Positions 54,502 through 64,000 of a DNA stretch of 64,000 nucleotides are shown here, piece after piece. This DNA is from Octopus bimaculoides (taxonomy: Eukaryota). The notes under the pieces are model-generated. The model did no database searches. It had not been told where the DNA came from and saw only the letters and a list, made by a program, of their open reading frames with translations. The stretch is from positions 64,806,716-64,870,715 of the forward strand of contig NC_068993.1 of assembly GCF_001194135.2 (NCBI RefSeq), given 5' to 3'. Each line of letters starts with the position of its first letter. The stretch's first letter is position 1. Made by a program: the position numbers and the translations under genes.

Positions 54502-54954
54502 CATGTGTGTATGTGTGTGTGCCGAAAAACTTGAACCGCACCAATTCTGGCAGTTTATCATTTTACTGAAATAATATTTTTACTCCTTTTCCATTTTTCT
54601 TTATTTTATCATTTTCTGACAACGCTGTTTTTTCAAAATTTTCTCGTAAATTATCAACCCAGTTCCGTTTATATGACTCACGGGTAGTGTTACTATATTC
54701 AGGGGAACAGGGACAATAGCAAATGGAAGTGGAAGCTGTCGATGTGGTAGTGTGGTAGTAGATGAAAGAACACGTCAACTCTGCACCTTTATTAAGACAA
54801 CTAAGCCCCACGACCAGGCAGGAAACAAACTATTCGAAACAGTTTGAACCATTAAGTGTTCGCCGTACCTTACCTAACCTCAATTTTAATCTAGGTTTAA
54901 TCTTTAATCTAGGTTTACTCTTTAATCAAGGTTTAATCTAGGTTAGAGTATAAT

Positions 54955-55100
54955 AATGTCGGCAATGTGTTAACGACAGATTTATTAGTTTGTCGAACAA
55001 AATGCCTTGCGATATTCTTTAGTTTTTAGTTGAACTCCGACTGAGATCGGTTTTTTTACCTTTCATTCTTCCACAATGGATAAGATAAAAGACTACTCAA
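54955..55100 (+). mobile_element. Very degenerate SINE family A copy
   Basis: aaaatgccttgcgatatt..gttgaactccgactgagatcg..tacctttcattctt..gataagataaa. Confidence 0.4.
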
Positions 55101-55237
55101 GGACTGGAATCGATTTATTCCAACAACAAACCCGAATTTCTGGACTTCTACTTTATTATCATTTAAAAACAAAAATTAAACAGATTTATCAACAACTGGG
55201 TAATCTTTTCTTGTTTAGCTCCTTAATCACGCAAACC

Positions 55238-56060
55238 AAGTTAAAGGCAAAAGCAGACGAGATAATACAGAAAGTTAAGGGGGGAAGTGAATGCCAAAAT
55301 AATCCAAAAGACAGTCGAGCAGGGCCAACAAGGACACTTGTCGATATGGGAAAGTGCACTGGAAAGAAGTCTCAGCTGAAACTATGCGCGGTGTCTGGCT
55401 CTTCTAAGAATCCACTTTATTCTCAGGCTCTATATGACTTCTTGTCCTCGTATACGAACTTTGTGAAGCAGTGGTGTCCTTTCTACCAGCACAAATAACA
55501 AGAAAACCATGCCTTGAGCCTGTATAAAATGGTACGTCCACTTGGAGGCACAATCAAGTGCTTAAAGAGATCATATATGCGATCTGTATTGTGAGAAGGC
55601 AAAAAAAACAACGCTACCAGAAACTCCAACAATACTCTTCACGGCAGATGACAGAAAATTTTGACCTGGAACAGCTGTGCCAATCCTATCTTAGAAGAGT
55701 GGTCTGCTGGATGGAATAGCTTACTGGGAGTGCACAGCAAACCTCTAGAATGGAAAAATTATCCAGAAATCAACAAGAGTAATATGAGATCGCATTTTCA
55801 GGAAAAAAAAACAAGTGTTTCTGACTGAACTCACTGCGCCATGTAAAAGTAGGACGAAAGAAGCACAGATGCCTAACACTGAGAAGTATACCAATTAAAC
55901 CAAGCAGACTTACCATAAGGGTAAGAACAAGGGGACTTGCTGGCAAACCTGCATACGATCTCATCAAACGGATTTCATTTTCTGGTAAGAGTACCAGAGC
56001 TCTAAAGGCAAAGACATAAGTAAGCGGGAAGATTTCCATTTGGATTCGATTAAGAAGGAA
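55238..56060 (+). mobile_element. HERO-type (R2 superfamily) non-LTR 3' fragment
   Basis: TVEQGQQGHLSIWESALERSLS*, ALYDFLSSYTNFVKQW, GTSTWRHNQVLKEI and KQVFLTELTAPCKSRTKEAQMPNTEKY match the HERO post-RT and RLE motifs; frameshifted. Confidence 0.82.
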
Positions 56061-56442
56061 TAGAAGTGAACATGAGAAGGGGTAACTTGGTCTACTTACA
56101 GCTCGTGTCTGGTAGCGAAGTGTTGACCGCTAATGCGACTTGGCTTTGAGGCATTCAATCACCTTGAAAGTTTTTTCAGTCTAAAACAGTGGCATATGGT
56201 ACGATAGCAGAGGAGTGTCCAGGAATCATGACTGGATGCAGCCCAGCCTCTCAGAAATATTTTCATGGGAGGAGCAGCTCCTTCTTTGAAGGTCCTCTAC
56301 TCTTCATCCCTCCCTTAGAGTGCCGTTAAACCCCGCCCTTGTTTTTTTTCAAACTAAACCATTAAAAAAAATAAGATAACAAATATGGTTTCGTCTCAGA
56401 TTTATTTGTGTTTCGGGTAATAAAATATTATTTGACCCTTCA

Positions 56443-56551
56443 CCTCATTTAGTTTCCTGGTGTTCAGTTGAACTAAGTCATCTCATTTAGTTTCCTGGTG
56501 TTCAGTTGAACTAAACCATCTCATTTAGTTTCCTGATGTTCAACTAAACCA
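56443..56551. repeat. 38-bp tandem repeat, about 2.8 copies
   Basis: Unit tctcatttagtttcctggtgttcagttgaactaa(g/a)(t/c)ca; no spacers. Confidence 0.9.
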
Positions 56552-56703
56552 TTCTATGACTCACTTTGTGAGTGGCTGACATGTCATTCCTATTGTGACT
56601 CCTTTCCCAACAACTGCCTATTATATATGCATCTGATGACACAAACTTCAAAACTGAACTCAAGTATAGGTTTTCCAATAAAGTTTTATGAATTTCGGCT
56701 TTG

Positions 56704-56742
<39 letters not shown>

Positions 56743-57744
56743 GTTGTTGTTGTTGTTATTTATTTATTTGTGTGTGAATGTGTGTATATATGTTATTTGA
56801 TTGTTCCTTCCACTATTAACAGAGGAAGTCATAAAATTAGATGTAGTTTCGTGTGAGAATTAATGGTTAATTCAGTTTTAGTAGAATGACATGGAAAGAT
56901 GCACATACACATACATACAGATACACACACGCATATGTATATATTATAAATACATGCATGCATACATACATACATGCATGCATAAAAGTTTGGAAGTTAA
57001 CAAGCGAGGAAATACTGCGATATAACGAGGCGATAAGCAAATGTTTATTAGCCTCAGTTTCAAATTACAATAAAGCAATTTAACTTATGTTTTAAATGGC
57101 TGTGCAAGTCATTAATTCTGTGGAAGATTAATCATTAAGTGTTGAAATCTTGACTTACTTCCAAAATCTACCGTTCGTTACCGTGATAAATAACATTCTC
57201 TGAAGGACGTTTACTAAACATTCATTTAGAACTATATTTAAATTATTCTTTCATTTTAAAGACAGTCCTCGAGAGATGTCACCAGTGTAAGACTAACTTT
57301 CCCACTTCCTTTCCACCAGACTCTGGGGCTTTGTGAAGGATCTTAGGTCCTACGCTTCTTTCTCTAAGTCATTAAATAATACGACGAACGATGCACAAAG
57401 GGGACAAAGTTAATAGAAATCACTAACACAGAGTAGAACTAGATAAAATTGTATTTGTGCAATTGTCTAATTTAAAGAACATACTCTGACAATCCATAAT
57501 GTGCTGTAAAGCGTTTTGGATAATTTGAAATGCAAGCAATATATTCTTTATTAAACATACAATTTTAGCTTTGAAAATTAAACATTGTATCTACACAAAG
57601 TTTACATTTATGGAATCGATCTGATAAATATCTGGTCTTTTTAGAACTCTATCAATGCCTCACATTCTCTCTCCCTTACTCACTCTTTCCCTCCCTCTCA
57701 CCCCCTCTCTCTCCCTCTATGTGAGTGTGGGTGTGTATACAATG

Positions 57745-58626
57745 TACATTGCAGAAGTTTTGAGACGATTTTAGGAGAATGAAAGTTACAACTGTTCGAA
57801 ATTATTATAATTTTAGTATATCCTTACTATACATTTTAATAAGCTAACTTGCCAACTGTTGTTATTCTAGATTGAAGGAGACGTTTGAAACAGTACCTTG
57901 AACACATTCTGCTAAACACTGTTTCTCACAGTTTCTGACTAGTTTGCAGAATGCAGTCGAGACGTGAAGACAATTTGGAAGCATGCTATGCAAAAGAGTT
58001 TCGAATTAAGCTGAGCAAAAACGCTACACGCTACAGAAACTTATAAAACGTTCCAGGATGCTTTGGGATTAACTTGTATGAACCGAGCCCCTGTTTTTCG
58101 CTGGCACAAAAGGCCAGGAAAAGCAAGTCCACCGGGAAACTCATGCTGATCCCCTTTTTCAACAGACAGGACATCATCCACTCGGTTCCTTCTGGCGAGA
58201 CTGACAGCAAAGAGTATTCTGTGGAGATGTCGAGGAAGTTCAGGAAGAGATTTCATCGCAAAAGTTCAGAGCAACTGCCCCAGTTCCATCCTGGTAAACG
58301 AATACATCAGTCTATTGTTCCATCCTGGCAATCAACTACTCGACAGAAACAGGCGTCAAAACTATCCCTCTCCTTCCCTACACTCCAGACCTTGCTCCGT
58401 GGTAACTCTTGGTTGTTCCCAAAGTTGAAGGAGGAGATGAAGGAGGCTGTGACAAGGATCCTGAAAATCTTCACTCTGAAGGACTTCCATGAAGCCTTCA
58501 CAAAGTGGCTAGAGTGTTACAACATATGTACTGAAGTCAGAAGATCTAACTTTGAAGGAGATAGTTTGATATTTCTTTGAAATTAATTAATATCTCGCTT
58601 GAAAAAGTCTCAAAACGTCTGGATGA
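57745..58626 (+). mobile_element. Internally deleted mariner element with both TIRs
   Basis: TIRs ta-cattgcagaagttttgagac / gtctcaaaacgtctggatga. N-terminal HTH (ETYKTFQDALG..MNRAPVFRWHKR) is joined directly to the catalytic part (KSTGKLMLIPFF, PYTPDLAP, WLFPKLK, FEGD). Confidence 0.85.
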
Positions 58627-59830
58627 CCAAAATTACATTAAAATATCTTGAAATACTAAAGAGTAAATTTATTCAATAAAATATCCATTGGCTTCAACCA
58701 CAGCCTCCAGACGACTTCGAAATCTCCTGCAACTCTTCTGGACGGTCTCCGTGTTTAATTTGGTGAATGCTGCCGTAATCCTTGCCTTCAGTTCATCTTT
58801 GGTGTTACAAGGAGTTTTGTTGGTCTCTCACCGAACTTTGCCCCACACATAATTATCAAAGGAGTTGCAATCTGGAGAGTTAGGTAACCAGATTTTAGGG
58901 GTGTTGTGGTCGCAGAAATTGTCTGACAACCATGACTGGGTTCTCCTGCTTGCGTCGCATGGTGCAGAGTCCTGTTGCCAGACATAGGTTCTTCCAGCAT
59001 CCACCCGCTTAACCCAGGGCAGCACTACCTCCTCCAAGCACTTGATGTAGGCCTCCGTGTTAAGTTTATGGCCGTGTGGGAAGGTGAATGGGGGCATAAC
59101 GTCACCATCACTAATGATCACTCCTATGATGTTGAACAGATGTTTGATTTTTATTACTCTTGGTACATGTTTTGGGGACACGGCAAGGCAACAGTTGTTC
59201 TCTGTGTTCACCATTTGATCCTTGCAGAAATTTTTCTCATCTGAGAAAAACCAAAGCATATTCGGTTGGAGGGGATGCTTGAGATTGTTCAAAAGCTTCG
59301 TAGTGTGGCCTTTCCTCTTGTCCTTGATGGCTTGGGATAAAAATTGGCCCTTTCTCATCTTGTATGAGGAATAGCGAATGTCTTAATGCACTGCCTGCCT
59401 GATAAGAAACTCAGACACTCCCATGTCCCTGGCGATGACTTGGAGGGATCGTTGTCAATCGTGATCTGGATCTCACCAACAAATTCAGGAGATCTTTTCT
59501 TATCAGAACAATCAGAGTGAGTTTTCCGAGCTGCCCCCCTACCTTCGCAATCACCATTAAACTCGTCCAACTCTTTCTGAATCTTCTGCACTGTCCTCGG
59601 GTTGACACCCACAAACTCTGAAACGTTCGTATTGGAGCTTCCGGCGCGAATTCCAAGCGGTACAGCATGTCGTTTCCAAATTTCTGGCAGTGTATTGCGT
59701 CATGGTACTGTTTTCCTTATAGACGGTGCCCAACTGATCCTACTATACTGTGTAGACGACTAAATCAAAAACAACAATGCGTATGCGCGAAATAAAAATT
59801 ATAAAATGACAATTTACTCATCGCACCCTG
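58627..59830 (-). mobile_element. DD37D (maT-type) IS630-Tc1-mariner element, degenerate, one TIR missing
   Basis: WFFSDEKNF...YVWQQDSAP-...-NSPDCNSFD, with 37 residues between the last two Asp (counted by hand). TIR cagggtgcgatgagtaaattgtcat followed by TA at 59831-59832; frameshifted N-terminus. Confidence 0.9.
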
Positions 59831-59979
59831 TACATTTGTGTGTGAATGTATGTTTGTATGCGTGTACGTATGCATATATCAAAACATTTTTTTTTTCTAG
59901 GGAGTATGTCAATTTATATTCATTTATATTTACACTCATCAATAAACGTTTCATTTTCCTTTTTTGACATTTCTGCCAG

Positions 59980-60104
59980 CTCGATGTCCCGATCTTGGTC
60001 CATACGATCAAAAAATGCAGACGAAAACGTGGTATTAGAAGTAGCATTTTCAGATATTTACTTGTCTTCTGGTTGTGAAACGGATTCTGTGTCCGTCTAC
60101 GACG
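59980..60104 (+). CDS. CUB gene exon B3 (Cys2 replaced by Arg)
   Basis: atttctgccag|C acceptor; GACG|gtaagt donor; 125 nt, same length as B1; open frame SMSRSWSIRSKNADENVVLEVAFSDIYLSSGCETDSVSVYD(G). Confidence 0.8.
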
Positions 60105-60272
60105 GTAAGTATTGGCCTTTTTCCGTCTTTCGCTATAAACTACCACAAATTAATAGACATTATTGCTTTGTTGCTATACCTGTCTCCCATAATATGCTGT
60201 GTACATATAATGTTTTATGTTGACCAAAGCTTTTATTCCCTTTATCCTTTAGATATTTAGTTTTTCTGCCAG

Positions 60273-60343
60273 CTTCGCTATTAACTATTTAACTTGAAGA
60301 CCGGGATCGTCGGAAACTGAGAAAGGTGTCTCTGTCTACAAAG
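60273..60343 (+). pseudogene. Candidate decayed duplicate of exon B3 with in-frame stop
   Basis: Same acceptor tttctgccag|CT as B3; ends GTC TCT GTC TAC AAA G|gt versus B3 GTG TCC GTC TAC GAC G|gt; 71 nt, phase 2-1. Translates FAINYLT*RPGSSETEKGVSVYK. Confidence 0.45.
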
Positions 60344-60397
60344 GTGTGGTCGTAAAATATTGATACATTTGACTACGATAGGAAATATAATGACTGA

Positions 60398-61966
60398 TGT
60401 TACACGCACGCTCACGCACCAGGTCGAGGCGGTCGACGAATAATAAGTTGGTCGAGTGAGTCTTAATTGTGAGAAGGAAGGAAGCGAGCGATCCGGAACG
60501 AGGATCGTCGACCGCCTCGGCCTGGTGCGTGAGCGTACGTAACACAAGGACACACACACACTCGCGGTCGATATCGCCGCCGAGACGACAGCCTACCGAT
60601 TGCAGCTACAGATCGCCGGCGGCCGACGCCGCCGCCGTACCATCGTTCTGGATTCGCCTTCTCCGAACGACGCTGAGTGTACGCGGCAGCAACTGCCCGG
60701 CGATGGTAGGCGTGTCCTGCCGCTGCATGGCAGATTGCGTAAGCATCGAAATGCCGTCTCTCGACCACCTTATTATCCATCAACCGCCTCGGCCGCTTGC
60801 GTGAACGTGCATAAGCGTGCCAAATACACGAACACACACACTCGCGATCGGTATCGCCGCCGAGACGACGGCCTTTCAATCACCACCGAAGTGTTGACTT
60901 GGATTCGCTCACTCTGAAATACGCTGCGTGAATGCGGCGGCGACCACCCGGTGACTCCCGGGTGACCGTCGGTGTGTCACGCCCAGGCGTGGCCGACCAC
61001 GAAACCATTGAACTGCTGTCTCTTGCTCCTTAATATATTCCGAACCTCCTTGAGGTGTCATAGTATCTAGAGCCGTGAGTGTCCTGGGTGGTCCGACCCG
61101 CAATATTGTGGGTCGGACAGCGTCGCGGTATCGACCGCGTCGGTCACGCGGCTCCGGACGACCCCTAGACGACGGACTTTCGGTCGCACCTCCGCATCGA
61201 CGGCTGCAGCCGCCGCTGAATTGTCGGCCGGCTCTTTCTTCGCTCCCGATCGCTCGCTTGCTTCCTTCTCACTGCTAAAATTCACTCGTCCAAATTATTA
61301 TTCGTCGACCACCTCGGCCTGGTGCGAGTGTAACACACGGACACACACACTCGCGGTCGGCATCGCCGCCGAGACGACAGCCTATCGATTGCAGCAACGG
61401 ATCGCCGGTGGCCGCTGCCGCCGAACCGTCGTTCTAGATTCGCTCGCTCTGAACAACGCTGCATGTACGCGGCAGCTACCACCCGGCGACTGTTGGCGTG
61501 TCCCGCCGCTGCGTGGCAGACTGCGTAAGCCGCAATTTGGTGGGTCGGACACCGTCTCGGTATCGTCCGCATCTGTCACGCAACTCGGGACGCCGCCTAG
61601 ACGACGGACTTTCGATCGCACAGCCGCTGATCCCTCGCTGCAATCAATAGGCTGTCGTCTCGGCGGCGATACCGACCGGGAGTGTGTGTGTCCGTGTGTT
61701 ACGCACGCTCACGCAACAGGCCGAGGCGGTCAACGAATAAGTTGATCGAGTGAGTCTTAGCAGTGAGAAAGAAGCAGGCGTGCGATCGGGAGCGAGGAAA
61801 CAGCTGGCCGACACTTCGGCGGCGGTCCCAGCCGGCGATGCGGCGGCGCGAAAGTCCGTCGTCAAAGTGGCGTCCCGAGCCGCGTGACAGACACGGTCGA
61901 TACGGCGACGCTGTCTGACCCACCAAATTGCGGGTCGGACCACTCGGGACACTCACGGCTCTAGAT
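60398..61966. repeat. GC/CpG-rich modular repeat with nested inverted repeats (foldback-like)
   Basis: About 330-bp inverted arms at 61066-61395 and 61637-61966 (atctagagccgtgagtgtcc / ggacactcacggctctagat); about 45-bp hairpin stem at 60398-60545; three direct copies of a 180-235 bp module. Confidence 0.85.
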
Positions 61967-61974
61967 GACAAGCT

Positions 61975-64000
61975 CGTTCATGCGTTCGTTCGTTTGTTCT
62001 TACGTACGTACGTTCGTTCGTTCATTCCCTCGTTCTTTTGTTCGTTCATTCGTTCGTTCGTTCGTTCTTTCGTTCGTTAGTTTGTACATTTGTCCGCTCG
62101 TTCGGTCTTTTCTTCGTTCGTTCGTTCGTTTGTTCTTTCGTTTGTTCGTTCTTTCGTTCGTTTGTTCATTCGTTCGTTCGTTCTTACGTACGTACGTCCT
62201 TTCGTTTGTTCGTTCTTTCGTTCGTTTGTTCATTCGTTCGTTCTTACGTACGTACGTTCGTTCGTTCGTTCATTCGTACGTACGTACGTTGGTTCTTTTG
62301 TTTCTACGTACATACGTTCGTTCATTCGTGCGTTCGTTCGTACGTACGTTCGTTCGTTCATTCGTTCGATCGTTATTTTGTTCTTTCGTTCGTTCGTTCA
62401 TTCGAACGTACGTACGTTCGTTCGTTCTTTCGTTCGTACATACGTACGTTCGTTTGTACCTTCGTCCGTTCGTTCGGTCATTCGTTCGTTCGTTCGTTCT
62501 TTGGTACGTACGTACGTACGTTCGTTCGGTATTTCGTGCCTTCGTTTATACGTACGTACGTACGTTCGTTCGTTCGTCCTTACGTTCGTTCGTTCGGTCG
62601 TTAGTTCGTTCTTTCGTTCCTTCGTTCGTACGTACGTACGTTCGTTCTTTAGTTTGTATCTTCGTCCGTTCGTTCGTTCGTTTGTTCCTAGGTACGTACG
62701 TACGTACGTTCCTTCGTTCGTACGTAGGTACGGTCGTTCGTAGGTACGGTCGTTCGTAGGTACGGTCGTTCGTTGGTTCGTTCGTTCGTTCATTCGTTCG
62801 TACGTACATACGTAAGTTTGTTCGTACGTACTTACGTTCGTCCGTCCGTTCGTTCATTCGGTCATTCTTACGTACGTACGTAGGTACGTACGTTTGTTCT
62901 TTCTTTCTTTCGAACGTTCGGTCGTACGTACGTGCGTTCGTTCGTTTGTAATTACGTATGTACGTACGTACGTTTATTCGTTCGTTCGTTCGTTCGTTCA
63001 TTCTTACGTACGAACGTACGTACGTTCATTCGTTCGACCGTTCGTTCTTTCACTCGTTCGTTTGTTCATTCGTTCGTTCGTTCTTACGTACGTTCGTTCG
63101 TTCATTCGTACGTACGCTGGTTCTTTTGTTCCTACGTACGTACGTTCGTTCGTACGTTCGTTCATTCGAACCTACGTACGTTCGTTCATTCGAACCTACG
63201 TACGTTCGTTCATTCGAACCTACGTAAGTTCGTTCATTCAAACGTACGTACGTTCGTTCTTTCGTTCGTACATACGTACGTTCGTTCGTTCGTTTGTACC
63301 TTCGTCCGTTCGTTCGCTCTTTTGTTCGTTTGTTCGTTCATTCTTTGGTACGTACATACGTACATTCGTTCGTTCATTCCTTCGTTCTTTCGTCCGTTCT
63401 TTCTTTTGTTCGTTCGTTCCTTCGTTCGTTCTTTTGTTCGTTCATTTGTTCGTTTGTTTGCTTCGTTCGATAGTTCATTCGTACGTACGTTCGTTCTTTC
63501 TTTCGGTCGTTCGTATGTACGTTCGTTCGTTCGTTTGTTTGTTTCGTTCGTTCATTTGTTCTTTCTTTTGTTCTTTCATTGTTCGTTAGTTTCGTTCGTT
63601 CGTTAGCTTCGTTCGTATCTACGTTCGTTCCAACGTCCGAACGTACGAACGTACAAATGTTCATTCGTTCTTTCGTTCCTTCGTTCGTTCGTACGTACGT
63701 ACGTACGTTCGTTCAATATTTCGTACCTACGTTTATACGTACGCACGTTCGTTCGTCCTTACGTTCGTTCGTTCGTTCGGTCGGTCGTTAGTTCGTTTGT
63801 TCATTCATTCGTTCGTTCGTTCGTTTATTCGTACGTACGTACGTTCGTTCTTTAGTTTGTACCTTCGTCCGTTCGTTCACTCGTTCTTATGTTCGTTCGT
63901 TCGTTTGTTCCTAGGTATGTACGTACGTACGTTCCTTCGTTCGTACGTAGGTACGGTCGTTCGTTTGTTCTTTAGTTCGTTCGTACGTAGGTACGTACAT
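61975..64000. repeat. TTCG/TACG compound satellite (runs off the window end)
   Basis: More than 2 kb of interleaved (TTCG)n and (TACG)n with longer internal duplications. Confidence 0.95.

Larger units (their letters stand above)
1314..60104 (+). other. Partial gene model: multi-CUB-domain extracellular protein (at least 4 CUB domains; 5' and 3' ends outside the window)
   Basis: Exons C0-A1-B1-C1-A2-B2-C2 join in frame with matching phases, giving G-TTTNAELLGKKCGNQTLTFVSSSWSVYVVLQLKKSNRSNALLATFYSEKK-E-AQCKDIDNRISFSDQKNYISSPEFPRIYR-S-MRSCSWLLTTSKNQVIRLEIMYADFPQETQCMSNAYLAVYD-G-NSRRDGLLGVVCGNEPKTYISTGQQIMVLLKGHTNLTGRFLAAYYSERK-A-EECIGSSQLTAQRHTKNYLHTPSFPTPFK-K-NSKKSSHCAWVIASDGPDVVKLSIIYSKLSKKEDCSEESISVYD-G-DLVPNRFLGMSCGEAKPSYTSTGKKLMVIFSSKSSNGSHGFLGSYYSVP. 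CUB hallmarks are present: C..SPxFP, CxW, C..VYDG, LG..CG, ST..L.V.F, F..Y. No specific orthologue recognised. Confidence 0.88.

Noticed and set aside
56140-56170. Rescue of the two TGA codons by A-to-I editing (UGA to UGG) or selenocysteine
   Set aside because: The acceptor phase is also wrong, no pairing partner or SECIS is seen, and nothing in the sequence supports it.
56443-56551. 38-bp direct repeats (and the SINE quartet at 30608-31321) as a CRISPR array
   Set aside because: No unique spacers, no cas genes, and a eukaryotic context.
60281-61971. Arg/Ala-rich ORFs in the GC-rich block; possible rRNA or rDNA
   Set aside because: The ORFs reflect high GC content and repeat on both strands. 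I recognise no conserved 18S, 28S or 5.8S motif.
61965-63791. ORFs up to 264 aa (RSFV/NERT-rich) in the terminal satellite
   Set aside because: Open frames are expected from TTCG/TACG repeats; no domain and no splice context.

Overview
AT-rich, microsatellite-dense animal genomic DNA with assembly gaps. The SINE, LINE and transposon repertoire looks like an octopus or other coleoid cephalopod (inference from recalled repeat families, not a database hit). The main feature is the middle part of one large + strand, intron-rich gene encoding an extracellular multi-CUB-domain protein. Each CUB domain is built from a 3-exon cassette: A 91 nt (phase 1-2), B about 125 nt (phase 2-1), C 150-153 nt (phase 1-1). 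Eight exons can be read by eye: C0 1314-1466, A1 5375-5465, B1 16798-16922, C1 21693-21842 (GC donor), A2 37844-37934, B2 42517-42650, C2 44497-44646 and B3 59980-60104. The first seven splice in frame. The A exon for the fourth domain is missing, and several decayed CUB-like exon candidates lie nearby. The domains lack the acidic Ca2+ triad and carry a conserved N-glycosylation sequon in that loop. The introns hold SINEs, RTE, Penelope, HERO and R4/Dong-like LINE fragments, pogo, mariner and DD37D transposon remnants, a Merlin-like MITE and long near-perfect palindromes. The last 3.6 kb is a GC/CpG-rich modular foldback abutting a TTCG/TACG satellite. Nearly all ORFs in the supplied track are microsatellite or gap artefacts. 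No prokaryotic system, rRNA or CRISPR array is seen.
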